A stretch of DNA of 64,000 nt from Sphyrna mokarran (Eukaryota), in assembly GCA_024679065.1 (NCBI GenBank), contig JAGIQG010000006.1, positions 124,124,001 through 124,188,000 on the forward strand, written 5' to 3'. The notes below the pieces were generated by a model. It was given only the letters and a program-made list of their open reading frames with translations, was not told the origin of the DNA and did no database searches. The first letter of the stretch is position 1. Each line of letters begins with the position of its first letter. A program made the translations under genes and the position numbers. Positions 11,957-23,766 of this stretch are shown piece after piece.

Positions 11957-12046
11957 TTTGGTTCCAAGGCCTACTCCACTCTTGAGTAGCTCACACAACT
12001 TTGGAATTAGATCTCCCAGAACAGAGGCATCTAGATGTTGGAGACA
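11957..12046 (-). CDS. ECPAS: ECPAS exon 33 of window
   Basis: atag|TGT..AAA|gtgagt; [30 protein letters not shown]. Confidence 0.95.
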
Positions 12047-12317
12047 CTATCGATTTAGACAAGAAAGAAAACATACAAATTACTACTTACAATCGTAAAT
12101 GCTTAACTATTAACCATAAGGAGTGCTACTCTAATATTGTCAAAGAACACATACTTGCCATCAACAGAAAGGGGTTAGACTTGTAAAAGGGGTCATTTTA
12201 AAACCAGGTTAGTAATAGATAGGTGCTGGAAGGTAACATTACCTCACTTCCCAGCGAGATATTCCTTTTGGTTTTCAGACTAAAACTCCAGTTATTTGCT
12301 TCCTCTTTTGCACTTAC

Positions 12318-12383
12318 CATGTTGATGGTCTCCATCATTGGGGAAGATTTAGCTGCACTAAGTCTGGCATTGTCCATGGTGGC
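12318..12383 (-). CDS. ECPAS: ECPAS exon 32 of window
   Basis: ctag|GCC..ATG|gtaagt; ATMDNARLSAAKSSPMMETINM. Confidence 0.95.
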
Positions 12384-12469
12384 CTAGTATTTACAGAAAA
12401 AAAATCAACACAATTAATTAATTACAAAACAGATGGGATAACACAAGCACATTAGACATCATACTTCAC

Positions 12470-12620
12470 CTTCTCTTGTTCTGTGGCACGTAGACTCAAA
12501 TAATTGAGGACCTGTGGCTCGAGAACGCTTAGTGATTCCAACAAGGTGGGGATAAGTCTTGCTGCATGTGGCTTTAACAGTGTTCCTGCACTTTTGCTAA
12601 TTTTCACAAGGGTGTTGATG
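12470..12620 (-). CDS. ECPAS: ECPAS exon 31 of window
   Basis: atag|C..AAG|gtgaag; [50 protein letters not shown]. Confidence 0.96.
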
Positions 12621-13524
12621 CTATGTAAAGAAATTTATTACAAATTAAAATCACATCCTAATAAAACTCAAATATCTGTGAAAAACCACAATTACTTGAT
12701 GTGGTTACACCACATTTTTCATAATTCCCCTTAAGGGATTTTCACAAATGATGAAAGATGCCCTGATTGAGGCCAATTGTCAGGCCAAGTTTGCAAATAA
12801 GATAATGCTAGCTACATACCAATGCAAAGCAAAACGAAAATCAAACCAAACAGCAATCTAGTTCAATGAATAGTGCAGGACGGCATGTCAGAGCAGCAGC
12901 AGGCAAACCTAAAAATGAGTGATCAATTTGAGGAAGATATAACACAGGATACTCACATATGACAAATAGCAAAAGCAGCATGCCATTGACAGAGCTGAGC
13001 AAGTGCACAATTTGGTTTGGCAAAAATCAAACAATCTGCAAAACACACCAGCACAATACAGACTGGCTTGCAGAATGGACTGAAGGGAGATATTTCTACT
13101 GGGACAGAGAAAACCAAGAGGGATTTCATCAAGTTTTTGTTTTGGTTATGAAGATTTTTGTTGCACAGGGAAAAATGATTGAACCTGACTGGGTAGTCGA
13201 GGAATCATGAATTGGTAATTGTTACTGAGCGAGAGAAAAAGCATTAGGTGAGAAGGAATTAGTCAAACCCTTCTAGAGCTCTGTCAGATCTTTCAGAAGC
13301 AATTTATTTTCTTAAATAACATTTAGTTATTTTAATAATGGCATATTCTTCCAGTTCCAATTATGTTTTTATTTGAAAATATTAACAAAATGCTTACTTA
13401 ATATCATTTTGATAGGAAGAAGCTATTAAACATTTAGTTAAAATCGCAATCTCCACCTCCATTTTATTCCTTTTCTTTCTGCTGGTTTTGGTTCCTTCCC
13501 TTTCAGTTGGTGAAATCTGTTACA

Positions 13525-13785
13525 TCAGTGGTAGCACTGCTGCCTCTTAGCGCCAAGGACTTGGGTTCAATTCCTGCCTTGGGTGACCGTTTCGAATCTG
13601 CACATTCTCCCCATGTCTGTGTGGCTTCCTCTGGATACTCTCACAGTCCAAAGACATGAGGGTTAGGTGGATTGGCCACGCTAAGTATCAGGGGGATTAG
13701 CAGAGTACATACATGGGGAGAGGGCCTAATTGGGATTGTTGTTGATGCAGGCTCAATGGGCTGAATGGCCTGTAAGGATTCTATC
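13525..13785 (+). mobile_element. HE1-like SINE, tail A
   Basis: Consensus match. Confidence 0.8.
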
Positions 13786-13789
13786 TCTA

Positions 13790-13880
13790 CCCAGTCCTGA
13801 GGAAAAATTGCAGACCTGAAATGTTAGCTCTGATACTGCCTGAAATGTGAGTATCTCTCACATTTTCTGTTCTGATTTCA
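13790..13880 (+). mobile_element. PLE-type terminal fragment with degenerate hammerhead motif
   Basis: CTGAGGAA..GACCTGAAATGTTAGCTC followed by GATACTGCCTGA block like 693-780. Confidence 0.5.
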
Positions 13881-14139
13881 TTTTCAAAAAGTGCTGTCCT
13901 CACAGAAGCTAGAATTCAACAATGTCAGAACGATGTGTTAAAAAAGAATAAATAATGCTTTTATAGGACACATTTGTTAAAGCAATGATGATATCCTCCT
14001 TCAATTGTTTCAGAATTTTAAATATTTAATTCAATACATAACTAATATGTTAGGTTTATTTAAGATTTAGGTAAGCGATTGAAGATTTTGGATCTCTTTT
14101 TCCTTCTCTACAATGGTTTCATGATTCATAAATATGTAC

Positions 14140-14261
14140 CTTAGAGATTGAACTTCTGCTACAGGGCTCATAATGCCCTTGTCCAATAAGCAAGGTAAGA
14201 GCACAGCAATAACTTGCTGACCAGCAGCACCATTGGCAGGATCACACGTACGTATACACAC
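14140..14261 (-). CDS. ECPAS: ECPAS exon 30 of window
   Basis: gtag|GTG..AG|gtacat; [40 protein letters not shown]. Confidence 0.95.
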
Positions 14262-14449
14262 CTACAAAAAAAAACAAACTTTGACAAAGCCAGCATGTTA
14301 ACATTGACATATCTTCTCCCTTAGTTGAGTCTGAATGGCTGAAAACCCCAATATTTGAGCAGACACATTGCTGTAATGATCTGAAGTTTTAGCTGGTTGA
14401 CATTAGTGAGATTAGTAAAAACTTAAATGCTCATCTCATTGTCTTAAAT

Positions 14450-14655
14450 ATCCTGCTGCCATCAGACGTTTGAGTGGACCTATCTTGCATTAAACTGATC
14501 TTTCTTTACACCCTAGCTATGACTGTAACACTACATTCTGCAGTCTCTCCTTTCCTTCCCTATATGGTATATTTTGTCTGCATAGCGGACAAGAAACAAT
14601 ACTTTTCACTATACACTATAGATGTGACAATAATAAATCACATCAAATCAAATCA
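14450..14655 (+). mobile_element. Rex1/Babar-like LINE 3' tail
   Basis: Aligns with 48285-48488. Confidence 0.75.
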
Positions 14656-14733
14656 TTTAATAGCATGTCGTTTATAACATAAACTAAATGAAACTCTATT
14701 CCTACGTATTCAATACGTAAGCAACATCCTTAC

Positions 14734-14781
14734 CTTACTCAAGGTCTTAAGTGCAGAGTCTGCAGCCTTACGAACAGACTC
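14734..14781 (-). CDS. ECPAS: ECPAS exon 29 of window
   Basis: acag|GAG..AAG|gtaagg; ESVRKAADSALKTLSK. Confidence 0.94.
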
Positions 14782-14804
14782 CTGTTAAACAAACAAAATT
14801 GCTT

Positions 14805-15140
14805 AGTTCAAGAGACAAAGTTCTATACAATTCCAGCATGACTTCCCTGCTTTTGCAATTTATGCCTCAATTGATAAAGGAAAGTGTTCCATATGTCCTT
14901 TTCACCACTCTATTAACATGCTCTTCCATCTTCAGAGATCTATAGACAAATATGTGAAGGTCTTTTTGTTGCATAGAACTTCCTAGTGTCATGCCATTCA
15001 TTGATGGTCTGGAATATGCTGCCTGGGAGGATGGAGGGATGCCTTACATCTTTAAAGAGTACGTGCATGAGCACTTGGTTTGTCGTAACACTCAATGCTG
15101 TGGGCCAACTGCTGGTAAATGGGATTAGATGGGAGGTCAG
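14805..15140. mobile_element. CR1 fragment with inverted 5' part (14805-15005 minus, 15005-15140 plus)
   Basis: Minus part encodes RSLK..VVKRTYGTLSFI..SREVMLELYRTL; plus part resembles a CR1 3' end. Confidence 0.5.
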
Positions 15141-15495
15141 GAGATGAGTCTCCCAGCCCACTGTGTTGCCTGAGAGACAAACACTGGCTGTATAGTGGGC
15201 TTCCCACTAGGTGCCAGAGTCTCTGGGCCTCTATGGTGCCAAAACCGGCATTGACAGTTCCATGCCAGAAATCAGCATGGAACTGATTACATTATTTAAA
15301 TTTGAATTTAAATTAGAGTAGCGGACCTGGGACTGGAGTCTCCGGGCCTGCTAGTCTCTGCCCCCTCTGCTAGGAGAGGTTTATAACAGGTCCCCACTTA
15401 CAGGGTACTGGCGGCTTAACCCCCACTGGAGTAAAGGGGGGGGGGGGGGGGGGGGGCGGTGGAGAGAGAGCGGAGCACGGAGCTGTCCAGACTGA
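15140..15495. mobile_element. Internal fragment of the same TIR element family
   Basis: Shares CCCCACTGGAGT.AAGGG and the ATTATTTAAAT block with 6035-6894; G21 run at 15436-15456. Confidence 0.55.
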
Positions 15496-15681
15496 TACAT
15501 CTAAAAGGGAATACTGCTCATGCACGGTATTTTCCCCGTGTGGCACATTTCTAGTTGCTGACCCAAACAGTTTAGACAGAACAATGGATGGGATCCTCAA
15601 AATGTCAAACTTAGCTAAATGACAGTACAATTTCAGTAAAAACCCTTCTTAGAAAGAATGCCTGTATTTAAATGGTTGTAC

Positions 15682-15787
15682 CTTGATATCGTCACGCACT
15701 CTGAAGAGAGTCTCCCACATTTCTGTAAGCCGATCAATGATGTCATTCACTTGTCTGCTCTGCAGTAGATCACTAATTGCTAAACAA
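15682..15787 (-). CDS. ECPAS: ECPAS exon 28 of window
   Basis: atag|T..AAG|gtacaa; [35 protein letters not shown]. Confidence 0.95.
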
Positions 15788-16234
15788 CTATAAAACAATA
15801 GACATGTGAATGAAAATAGTTGGAAAAACCCACATTCTTTGTTTTTTATAGAACAATAGCAGGCACTTGTATACAAATAAGTGGATATAATTCTCAATAG
15901 CAAGGAATTATGACAGGTGTATAGCATGTATTTCCAGAATGTTAAAAGGGGCAAGTTTACTTAAATGCCTTGAATTATCAGGATGCAACAGGAACAAATC
16001 TAATAAATTTGATCAAAAAACGGCAGGTGCTATTCTCAAACAGGATGGGAAAATTAAAAATTAATTTTAGATTCATTTTGCTCATATAAACATCACATTG
16101 CAAACAAAATATAGTTGATACAATGATGGAATGCCATTTACATTTGGTATTCAGAGTGCATCAGAAAATGGAAGAGTTACACTGAAATAAATATCTCAGG
16201 GCAAGGTGAAGTCTTTTGTCAGCCTTTCTATATG

Positions 16235-16920
16235 GCTCAATAGTAACAGTTCCTCCCAAAGTCAGAAAATTGTGTATTACGCCCTGCTTCAGAGACCCAA
16301 GCACATTTCCGTTGACATGCCCAGTGCTGGGCTGTCAAAGATATGATGTTTGAGTGAGATGTTAAACTAAGGCTCCATCCACTGTCTCAGGTGGAATAAA
16401 AGACCCCACACTCTTATTTGAAGAGTGGGGGATTTCAGCTGTGGCTAATATTTATCCCTTCCCACACATCAGAAAATCAGATTATCTGGTCATCATCATC
16501 TTGCTGTTGACTGAACCCTGTTGAGTGCAAACTATGACCTTTTCTACATTTCAACAGTGACTATATTTTATCATAGGGTTTAGCTGGTTAATCATAGAGT
16601 CCTAAAGTGCAGAAGGTGACCATTTGGCCGTTTGAGTCTGCACCGATCACAATCCTACCCAGGTCCTATCCCCATAACCCCATGCATTTACCCTAGTTAG
16701 TCTCCCCCTGACACTACGGGGCAATGTAGCACGACCAACCACCTAACCAGGACGCCTTTCGGACTGTGGGAGGAAACGGGAACACCTGGAAGAAACCCAT
16801 GCAGTTACAGGGAAAACGTGCAAACTCCACATAGTGATTCAGTTTAAAAAGTATTTCACTGGTTGTTAAGAGTTTTAGGATACGTCGAGCTTGTGCAAGG
16901 GCAAATCTACATTTTCTTTT
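16235..16920 (+). mobile_element. Deu-domain SINE (SacSINE1/AmnSINE1-like), split by an HE1 insertion
   Basis: GAGATGTTAAAC..CTCAGGTGGA.TAAAAGA..AATATTTATCCCT..CAGATTATCTGGTCAT resembles the recalled Deu domain; tail resumes at about 16845. Confidence 0.65.
16590..16840 (-). mobile_element. HE1-like SINE, tail A, nested in Deu-SINE
   Basis: Consensus match. Confidence 0.8.
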
Positions 16921-17687
16921 GATTATGCTAGCTTTATAAATAAAAAAAGTAATCACATTCCTACATTTGCTTCACTATTGGAGATTCCCACTGGCGTCAT
17001 CCCATGCTGGTGGGAAATCTGTGGGGTGGGGGCTGCAGAATCACTCTGGAGTGAATGGCTAGAGAATTCTGGCCTTGGTTATTCTGGCCTTGGTTTTTCT
17101 ATCCAAAACCTTTATTAGGAATATAATCTACTGATAGTTCACTGCCAATCTGTATGACGAGTAGAATGTCATCCTAAAAAACTGATTTACTCTAACACTA
17201 ATTAAGTTATTCAGCTCTCTATAAATACTGGCATTCTGATCCATCAGAAATGTATCTTCCTCATTTAGGGTGCCTCCTATCCTCCTCAACAAATGTCATC
17301 TTCAAGACCATAAGTTTTCTCAAATCACCAATCATGCACAAGAATACTTACTGCTCACCTCACCTCAATACAAAAACCTTTCGACTACTGTCAATACCTA
17401 CAGTTAAACAATGTGAAAATTGACTGCCCTGTGTACAGCAATACAAATGATTCAAATTGCTGTGAACTAGTACTTTATTACTGCTTAGAGTTCAATACCC
17501 CTTTTGAAAAAGATGACAGCTATATTCCAGGAAATTACAATTGGACATTAATTCATTTATTCCACTTGCTCTCTTGCTTTTAGACTCTAATCTCACATGA
17601 CACAGCAATATTACTAAATACTGGATATTACATAAGTATTTTTCACTCCCAACCAATCTCCTTTATCCTGTCAGATAATGATTGCTC

Positions 17688-18855
17688 CTGACATCAAAGC
17701 AACATTTAACTAAGCATGGCATCAAGGAGCCATGGCAAAACTGGAGTCAATGGGAATCAGAGTGAAACTCCTCTGATTGGAGTCATATTAACATAAAGGA
17801 ACATGATTGTGATTCTTGGAGGTGAATCTAAAGTTTAAAGTTTATTTATTAGTCACAAATAAGGCTTACATTAACTCTGCAATGAAGTTACTGTGAAATT
17901 CCCCTAGTTATCACACTCCAGCGCCTATTTGGGTCAATGCACCTAACCAGCACATCATTTATGGGAGGAAACTGGAGCACCCAGAGGAATCTCCACACAG
18001 ACACGGAGAACATCCAGACTCTGTTTACACAGTGACCCAAGCTGGGAAATGAACCCGGGCTCCCTGATGCAGTGTAGCAGCAGTGCTAACCCCACTGTGC
18101 CGCAAATCATTGCAATCCTGGGAAATCACTGCAGGAGTTCCTCAGGGGAGAATCCTTCGTCCAATCATCTTCAGCTATTCATCAATGACCTTCCCTCCAT
18201 CAAAAGGTCAGAAGTTGGGATGTTTACGAATTACCACTGAACTAGACCCGCCATATAAATACTGAGGCTACAATAGCACGTCAGACATAGGGAATTGCAT
18301 GTGAGTAACTCACTTCTTGACTCCCCAGAGCTTGTTCATCCCTACATGGCCCAAGTCAGGAGTGTGATGGAATACTCTCCACTTGCTTGGATGAATGCAG
18401 TTCCAACAACACTCAAAAAGCTTGACACTATTTGCTTCATACTCCATCCACAAACATTCGATCTCTCCACTGCTGATGCACAGGAGAGCAAGATGCACTA
18501 TCTACAAGCTGCACTGCAATAAATCAACAAGGCTTCTTTAACCACCATCATCTTCCAAACTCATGAGCTCTACCATTTGGAAGGCCAAGGGTAAATATAT
18601 GGGATTGCTATCACCAGCGAGTTTCCCTCCAAGTCATATACTATCCTGACTTGGAAATATATCACTGTTCCTTCACTGTTGCTGGGTCAAAATCCTGGAA
18701 CTCCCTTCCTAATAGCACGGTGGAGATTCCTACAACAAATAAGCTGCAACGGTTCAAGAAGGTGGCTCACCAACACCTTCTCAAAGGCAATTGAGGATGG
18801 GCAATAAATGCTGGCTTAGCCAGTGATGCCTACATCCCATGAATGAATAAAAAAC
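17688..18855 (+). mobile_element. Degraded CR1/L2-group LINE 3' part, interrupted by a SINE
   Basis: DIKA.F..WHQGA, AGVPQG, FINDLPS..SEVGMF, YMAQVRSVMEYSPLAW; tail GGGCAATAAATGCTGGC..CATCCCATGAATGAATAAAA. Confidence 0.75.
17829..18103 (-). mobile_element. HE1-like SINE, tail B, nested in LINE
   Basis: Consensus match. Confidence 0.85.
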
Positions 18856-19087
18856 TGCCTATGACCATTCTGTGATATCAGTGATTCCTTGACAGAATAC
18901 AGTTTAGTGGTCACCTAAACACTAGCCTAGCTTTTTAAGACAGGTGCAAGCAAGGGCATGAAACCAGTCCAATTTCCACCTCTCTAATCTCAGAAGGCTG
19001 AGGACATCTGTAACACAAATAAAGACTTGTCTTACTGTGAATCAGTTACAAAAGGCCAAACCAGACTTGCAAAACAGCAGTATGTAC

Positions 19088-19167
19088 CTGGATTCACGAA
19101 CCCGCCAAAGATTGCTGGTTAAATTGTTTATTAAATCTTGAAGAATCTCCTTTAAGTACGTATCTGT
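19088..19167 (-). CDS. ECPAS: ECPAS exon 27 of window
   Basis: acag|ACA..AG|gtacat; [26 protein letters not shown]. Confidence 0.94.
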
Positions 19168-19694
19168 CTGTTAAAAGAAACATACAATTAAGTAATCCTT
19201 TCGAAAATTAATGAAATGGATAAACTATGAAACAGATTAGAGTACATCCTCTGTAAAAAGGAGAAGCTGGTGCATGGAACAATGCGAAAATCATGCATTT
19301 CAGAAAAAATGTCCATGTGATTCAAATAGTTGATGTATCCACTGGATATGTTAATCAGCTTCCCCGTCGCTAAATTTTAAATTCCTTAATTTCACCTCCT
19401 ACACTGAGAAGGCTAAGTACATATTAGCTATGAACTATTCCCAACAGGATGGGATGTGGAGGAGTAGAGCAATGACATACTATTAAGTGCATAATGAACA
19501 TCTCCATAGAAAAGGTAAAGTAATCTTGCACAGATGGTATGCTTAAACAGGGCAAAGAAAAAGTGCAGGATGAATCATCGGAACATCAACAATGGGAGGG
19601 CTGATCCATAAAGGGATATTATCCTTATGGTTTTTCCCTCATGAAATATGGAAGTAGCTTTAAATAAAATTAATTTTTTCCTGTGTAAATGTAT

Positions 19695-19998
19695 AATGCC
19701 TACAGTGTAGAAGGAGGCCATTCAGCCCATCGGGCCTGTATTGACAATCCCACCCAGGCCCTATCCTCTTAACTCCATGCACTTATCCTGTAAGGCCTCC
19801 TAACACTAAGGGGCAATTTAGTATGACCAATCCACCTAACCTGCACATCTTTGGAGTCTGGAAGGAAATCAGAGGAAACCCACGCAGACACGGGGGAGAA
19901 CGTGCAGTCGCCACAGACAGTGACCTAAAGGTAGAATTGAACCGGGGACTCTGGCGCTGAGAGGCAGCAGTGCTAACCATTCTGCCGCCATGCTGCCC
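19695..19998 (-). mobile_element. HE1-like SINE, tail A
   Basis: Consensus match. Confidence 0.85.
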
Positions 19999-20142
19999 CT
20001 AACTAAAGTAACCAGACCCAGTAACAGCAAACAGAAAAGCCAATGACAGTGGAGGCGACATGGCTCCAAATTGTTACTTAAATTGCTCAAGCTCAAATCA
20101 AAACTAATCACATCTTGGATCCAAGTGTAAGGCTGCACTTAC

Positions 20143-20310
20143 AGCATTTTTATCAGTGACAAGAGCGTTCCAAATACTGGTCATTGCCTGCCGGATCCCA
20201 GAATTCGGATCAAATCGATATCGATAAAGTCGCGGGATAAGTTGAGCTAAATAAGGAGCCAGCTGCTCTTCAGCCTTCGTCGCTATGATGTTAAAGCCAA
20301 AAGCAGCACC
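20143..20310 (-). CDS. ECPAS: ECPAS exon 26 of window
   Basis: gcag|GGT..GCT|gtaagt; [21 protein letters not shown]...[18 protein letters not shown]. Confidence 0.96.
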
Positions 20311-20464
20311 CTGCAGAGACAAGCACCAGTCATTCCGTAATAGTATTACCACCGCACATTCTTATAGCTAATACAATAGGATCTATAGGAGCTTTCTACT
20401 TTCCAGGAATTCCATTAAATCCCATTTGCGTACAATGTAAATAGTTCCTTGAAATGACATTTAC

Positions 20465-20582
20465 CTTTCGAGAATTCCACATGGCATGGTGGTTGGCCAG
20501 GTTCATGAATTTGTAAACAAGGTCAGGTTGATTAAGGTCACTGGCAAGACTGCAAAGTTCTTTGTAAGTTGACAGTCCCTGT
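20465..20582 (-). CDS. ECPAS: ECPAS exon 25 of window
   Basis: ccag|A..AAG|gtaaat; [39 protein letters not shown]. Confidence 0.96.
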
Positions 20583-20952
20583 CTGGTGAAGGTTGAAAAC
20601 AAAAGTTAACAGGGTACTGTGAATTGCATTCACTAGTTTTAGTACAAAGAGTTTAATACAAAATAATTATTCACCATATGGAATTGCTGATAGGAGAGTC
20701 TAGTTCCTGCCAGAAATTTCGGTAAAACAACATAGATTATCATTGCCCTTTAAAAAAAGAACTGCAGGTTCTCAAATAAAACCAGAAAATGCCACTCAAA
20801 GTCTTTCTTTCCCACTGCCCACTCGTGACCTGTCCAAGTGCTCTGGTCTCTCAACATTTGAAAAAAAATCCATGCCTTGTTTCGCACGATCTTGGCAACT
20901 TTTTCCAGCTTTATATTTCCTCTGCACGGAGCTGTAGTGAAGTTAGCTGGTT

Positions 20953-21220
20953 AATCACAGAATCCTTCAGTGCAAGAGGAGGCCATTCTGCACCAAATCT
21001 GCACTGACCACAAGCCCACCCAGGCCCTACCCCTAGCTAGTCCCCGGATACTAATAGGCAATTTATCATGGCCAATCCACCCAACCCACACATCTTTGGA
21101 CTGTGGGAGGAAATCGGAGCAGCCGAAGGAAACCCATGCTGACATAGGGAGAACTTGCAGATTCCATACATACAGTAACCGAAGCCGTGAATTGAACCCA
21201 GGTCCCTGGTGCTAGCCACT
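20953..21220 (-). mobile_element. HE1-like SINE, tail A
   Basis: Consensus match. Confidence 0.85.
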
Positions 21221-21454
21221 GTAAGAAATCTCACAGGTTAAAGTCCAACGGGTTTATTTGGTAGTAAACGCCACTAGCTTTCGAAGCGCTGTTCCTTCGT
21301 CAGGTGAGTGGGGAGTTCTGATCACAAGCAGGTCCCTCCTCATCTAACGAAGGAACAGCACTCCAAAAGCTAGTGGTGTTTACTATCAAATGAACCTGTT
21401 GGACTTTAACCTGGTGTTGTGAGACTTCTTACTGTGTTTACCCCAGTCCACATC
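21221..21454. mobile_element. Fold-back Penelope-derived element, copy 2
   Basis: Inverted arms approx. 21221-21310 and 21338-21433; no TSD visible. Confidence 0.75.
21271..21307 (-). ncRNA. Minimal hammerhead ribozyme motif
   Basis: UCAC-CUGACGA-A-GGAAC-AGC-GCUUC-GAAAGCU-A-GUGG. Confidence 0.62.
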
Positions 21455-22139
21455 ATGGCTTCCTATCAATTTATCCTTTTCATATTTGTGATACTTTCAA
21501 AAGTTTGCTTCATTTCTTTCTTGACAAGATTTGTACATTATCAAGCATTTGTAACTTTAATTTCTTAAACCTTATCAGATCCAGAAATTGCCTGCACCAC
21601 TAATCCTTATTTTTGAGTCATAACCTCTGTTTAAGTACATCTTGTTAATGCAGCACATTTCTCAACTGAGTTCCAACACTTCCACTCAATGCTAATCTCT
21701 GCACTTTTCAGCCTTTGGCAGTCTCACTTTGTATGCTCTTTATTGTTTGGTTTGTATTTTAGTCCATTTTTCAAATCTTTCAAGGAATAAACGAATGAAC
21801 TCAGGAGGCATCATATCTTTATACATTATCCTCCTATTGTCCTGGTTCACTCGCCTTCTTCAGTCATCGCGTAGTGTTTTACTTTTGTGGGATAATTCCT
21901 CTAGAAACAGTCCAGCTAAAGTTGGACCTTAAAGTGTCTAAGTAATCAGGGAAGCAAACCTGCTTATCTTTTCAAAGTAGTTTTCTAGAGTAAATCTAGA
22001 AGTTTTGAAACTGGTGTAATATGATCTGGCATTTCAGAATCCTAGCAGATGATTTTGGAAAATGAATTCTATAATTACTAGATGATGCACTGATTGCAGG
22101 ACAGTTATTCAATGGCTTTGGAAATAATTAAGATTATTT

Positions 22140-22443
22140 TGACACAGTGGTTAATACTGCTGTCTCGCAGCGCCACGGACCTGAGTTCACTTCCCAGCTT
22201 GGATCACTTGTCTTTATGGATTCTGCACGTTATGCTTGTGTCTGCGTGTGTTTGCTCCTGTTTGCTCCCACAGTCCGAAAGACGCACAGGTTAGACTGAC
22301 TGGCTGTGCAGAACTGCCCCTAAGTGTCATGGGGACGAGCAGGCTGAATAAGTGGGATTACAGGGATAGGGGCTGGGTGAATTTTTGTCGGTGCAGGCTT
22401 GATGGGCCAAATGGTCTCCTACACTGAAGGATTCTATGATTCA
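22140..22443 (+). mobile_element. HE1-like SINE, tail A
   Basis: Consensus match. Confidence 0.8.
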
Positions 22444-22811
22444 ATGTTGTTCCTACCTGCAGGAGAGACTAAAATCTTGGGAGCCATCAATACGAGGTGG
22501 TCACCAATAAATCTAAAAGGAAATTCAGGACAATGCTCTTTACCCAGCGGGTGGTTGTCTTAGAAGGAAAGGTTGAGTGAGTTAGACCTAAACTCTTAAG
22601 ATCTTACAAGAATGGGACATAAGAGATTCTAAGGGGAGTGGACAGATTGGATGGCTCTCTTTGTGGTCTTGTCTGGAACCAGAAACCACCATTCAAAAAT
22701 AAGGGGTCACCCATTTAAAACGAAAATGAGGATTTTTTTCTCTTAGAGGGAAAGACTTTGAAATTCTCAGACAGCAGTTTGAGTCTGGATCATTAAATAC
22801 ATTCAAAGAAA

Positions 22812-23110
22812 GTAAAATTTATTTATCAATGCCACAAGTAGGCTTACATTCACACTGCAATGAAGTTACTGTGAAAATCTCCTAGTCACCACACTCAGGC
22901 ACCTGTTCAGGTACTCTGAGGGAAAATTTGACATGGCCAATCCATCTAACCAGCACAGCTCTGGAGGATGGAGGGAAACTGGAGCACCTGGAGGACACCC
23001 ACACAGACACAGGGAGAACATGAAAACTTCACACAGACTGTAACCTAAACCAGGAATCAAACTCAGGTCCCTGTCACTGTGAGACAGCACTGATAATCAC
23101 TGTGCCTCCC
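22812..23110 (-). mobile_element. HE1-like SINE, tail B
   Basis: Consensus match. Confidence 0.85.
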
Positions 23111-23697
23111 ATTCAAAACCGATTTAGACAGATAATTGGTAAGCAAGACAGACAAGGATTATTGGACAGGGTGGGGGTGAGAGAGAATGTAGAAAAGCGG
23201 AGTTAAAGCTATAGTCAGATGATCTTATTGAATAGCATAGAAAGCTCAAAGGGCCGAGTGGCCTATTCCTTATGTTCTTATGAAACTATTACCATGAGTA
23301 GTTAAGCAAACACCTTGAATGTTATTCAGGGGAAGCTAGATAATTACATGACGGAGAAAGGAATGGAAGAAAATTTTGACAGAATAAGGGCTATAAAAGA
23401 TTCAGTGTCCGAAAGGCCTCCTTTCTATGTTGTAAATGACTCTTGAGGGGGGCTGGGAAAAGGATAATCTACGGCAGAAACACTGGCATTGACTAGTTCG
23501 GCCAAATTCTGTGCTGCAAATTCTACGTAATGTATTTTACCAACGACCATCAAAATCTGATTCAAATCTGAATTACACATTCAAATTGGCTTCAATACTT
23601 TGCTCTCCTAATGCAACACCAGCAATAACACAAAATTTCATGAATATTCATTCTATTTAATGCGCCTTCCAGAACATTCTGAAGTCAGGATTCTCAC

Positions 23698-23766
23698 CCA
23701 TCAGGGGTTTTGCCGATTGCATTTCCTTGAAACAATTCAGTGTCTTCTGACAGATCCTGTTTAACT
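23698..23766 (-). CDS. ECPAS: ECPAS exon 24 of window
   Basis: gcag|A..GG|gtgaga; VKQDLSEDTELFQGNAIGKTPD. Confidence 0.94.
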
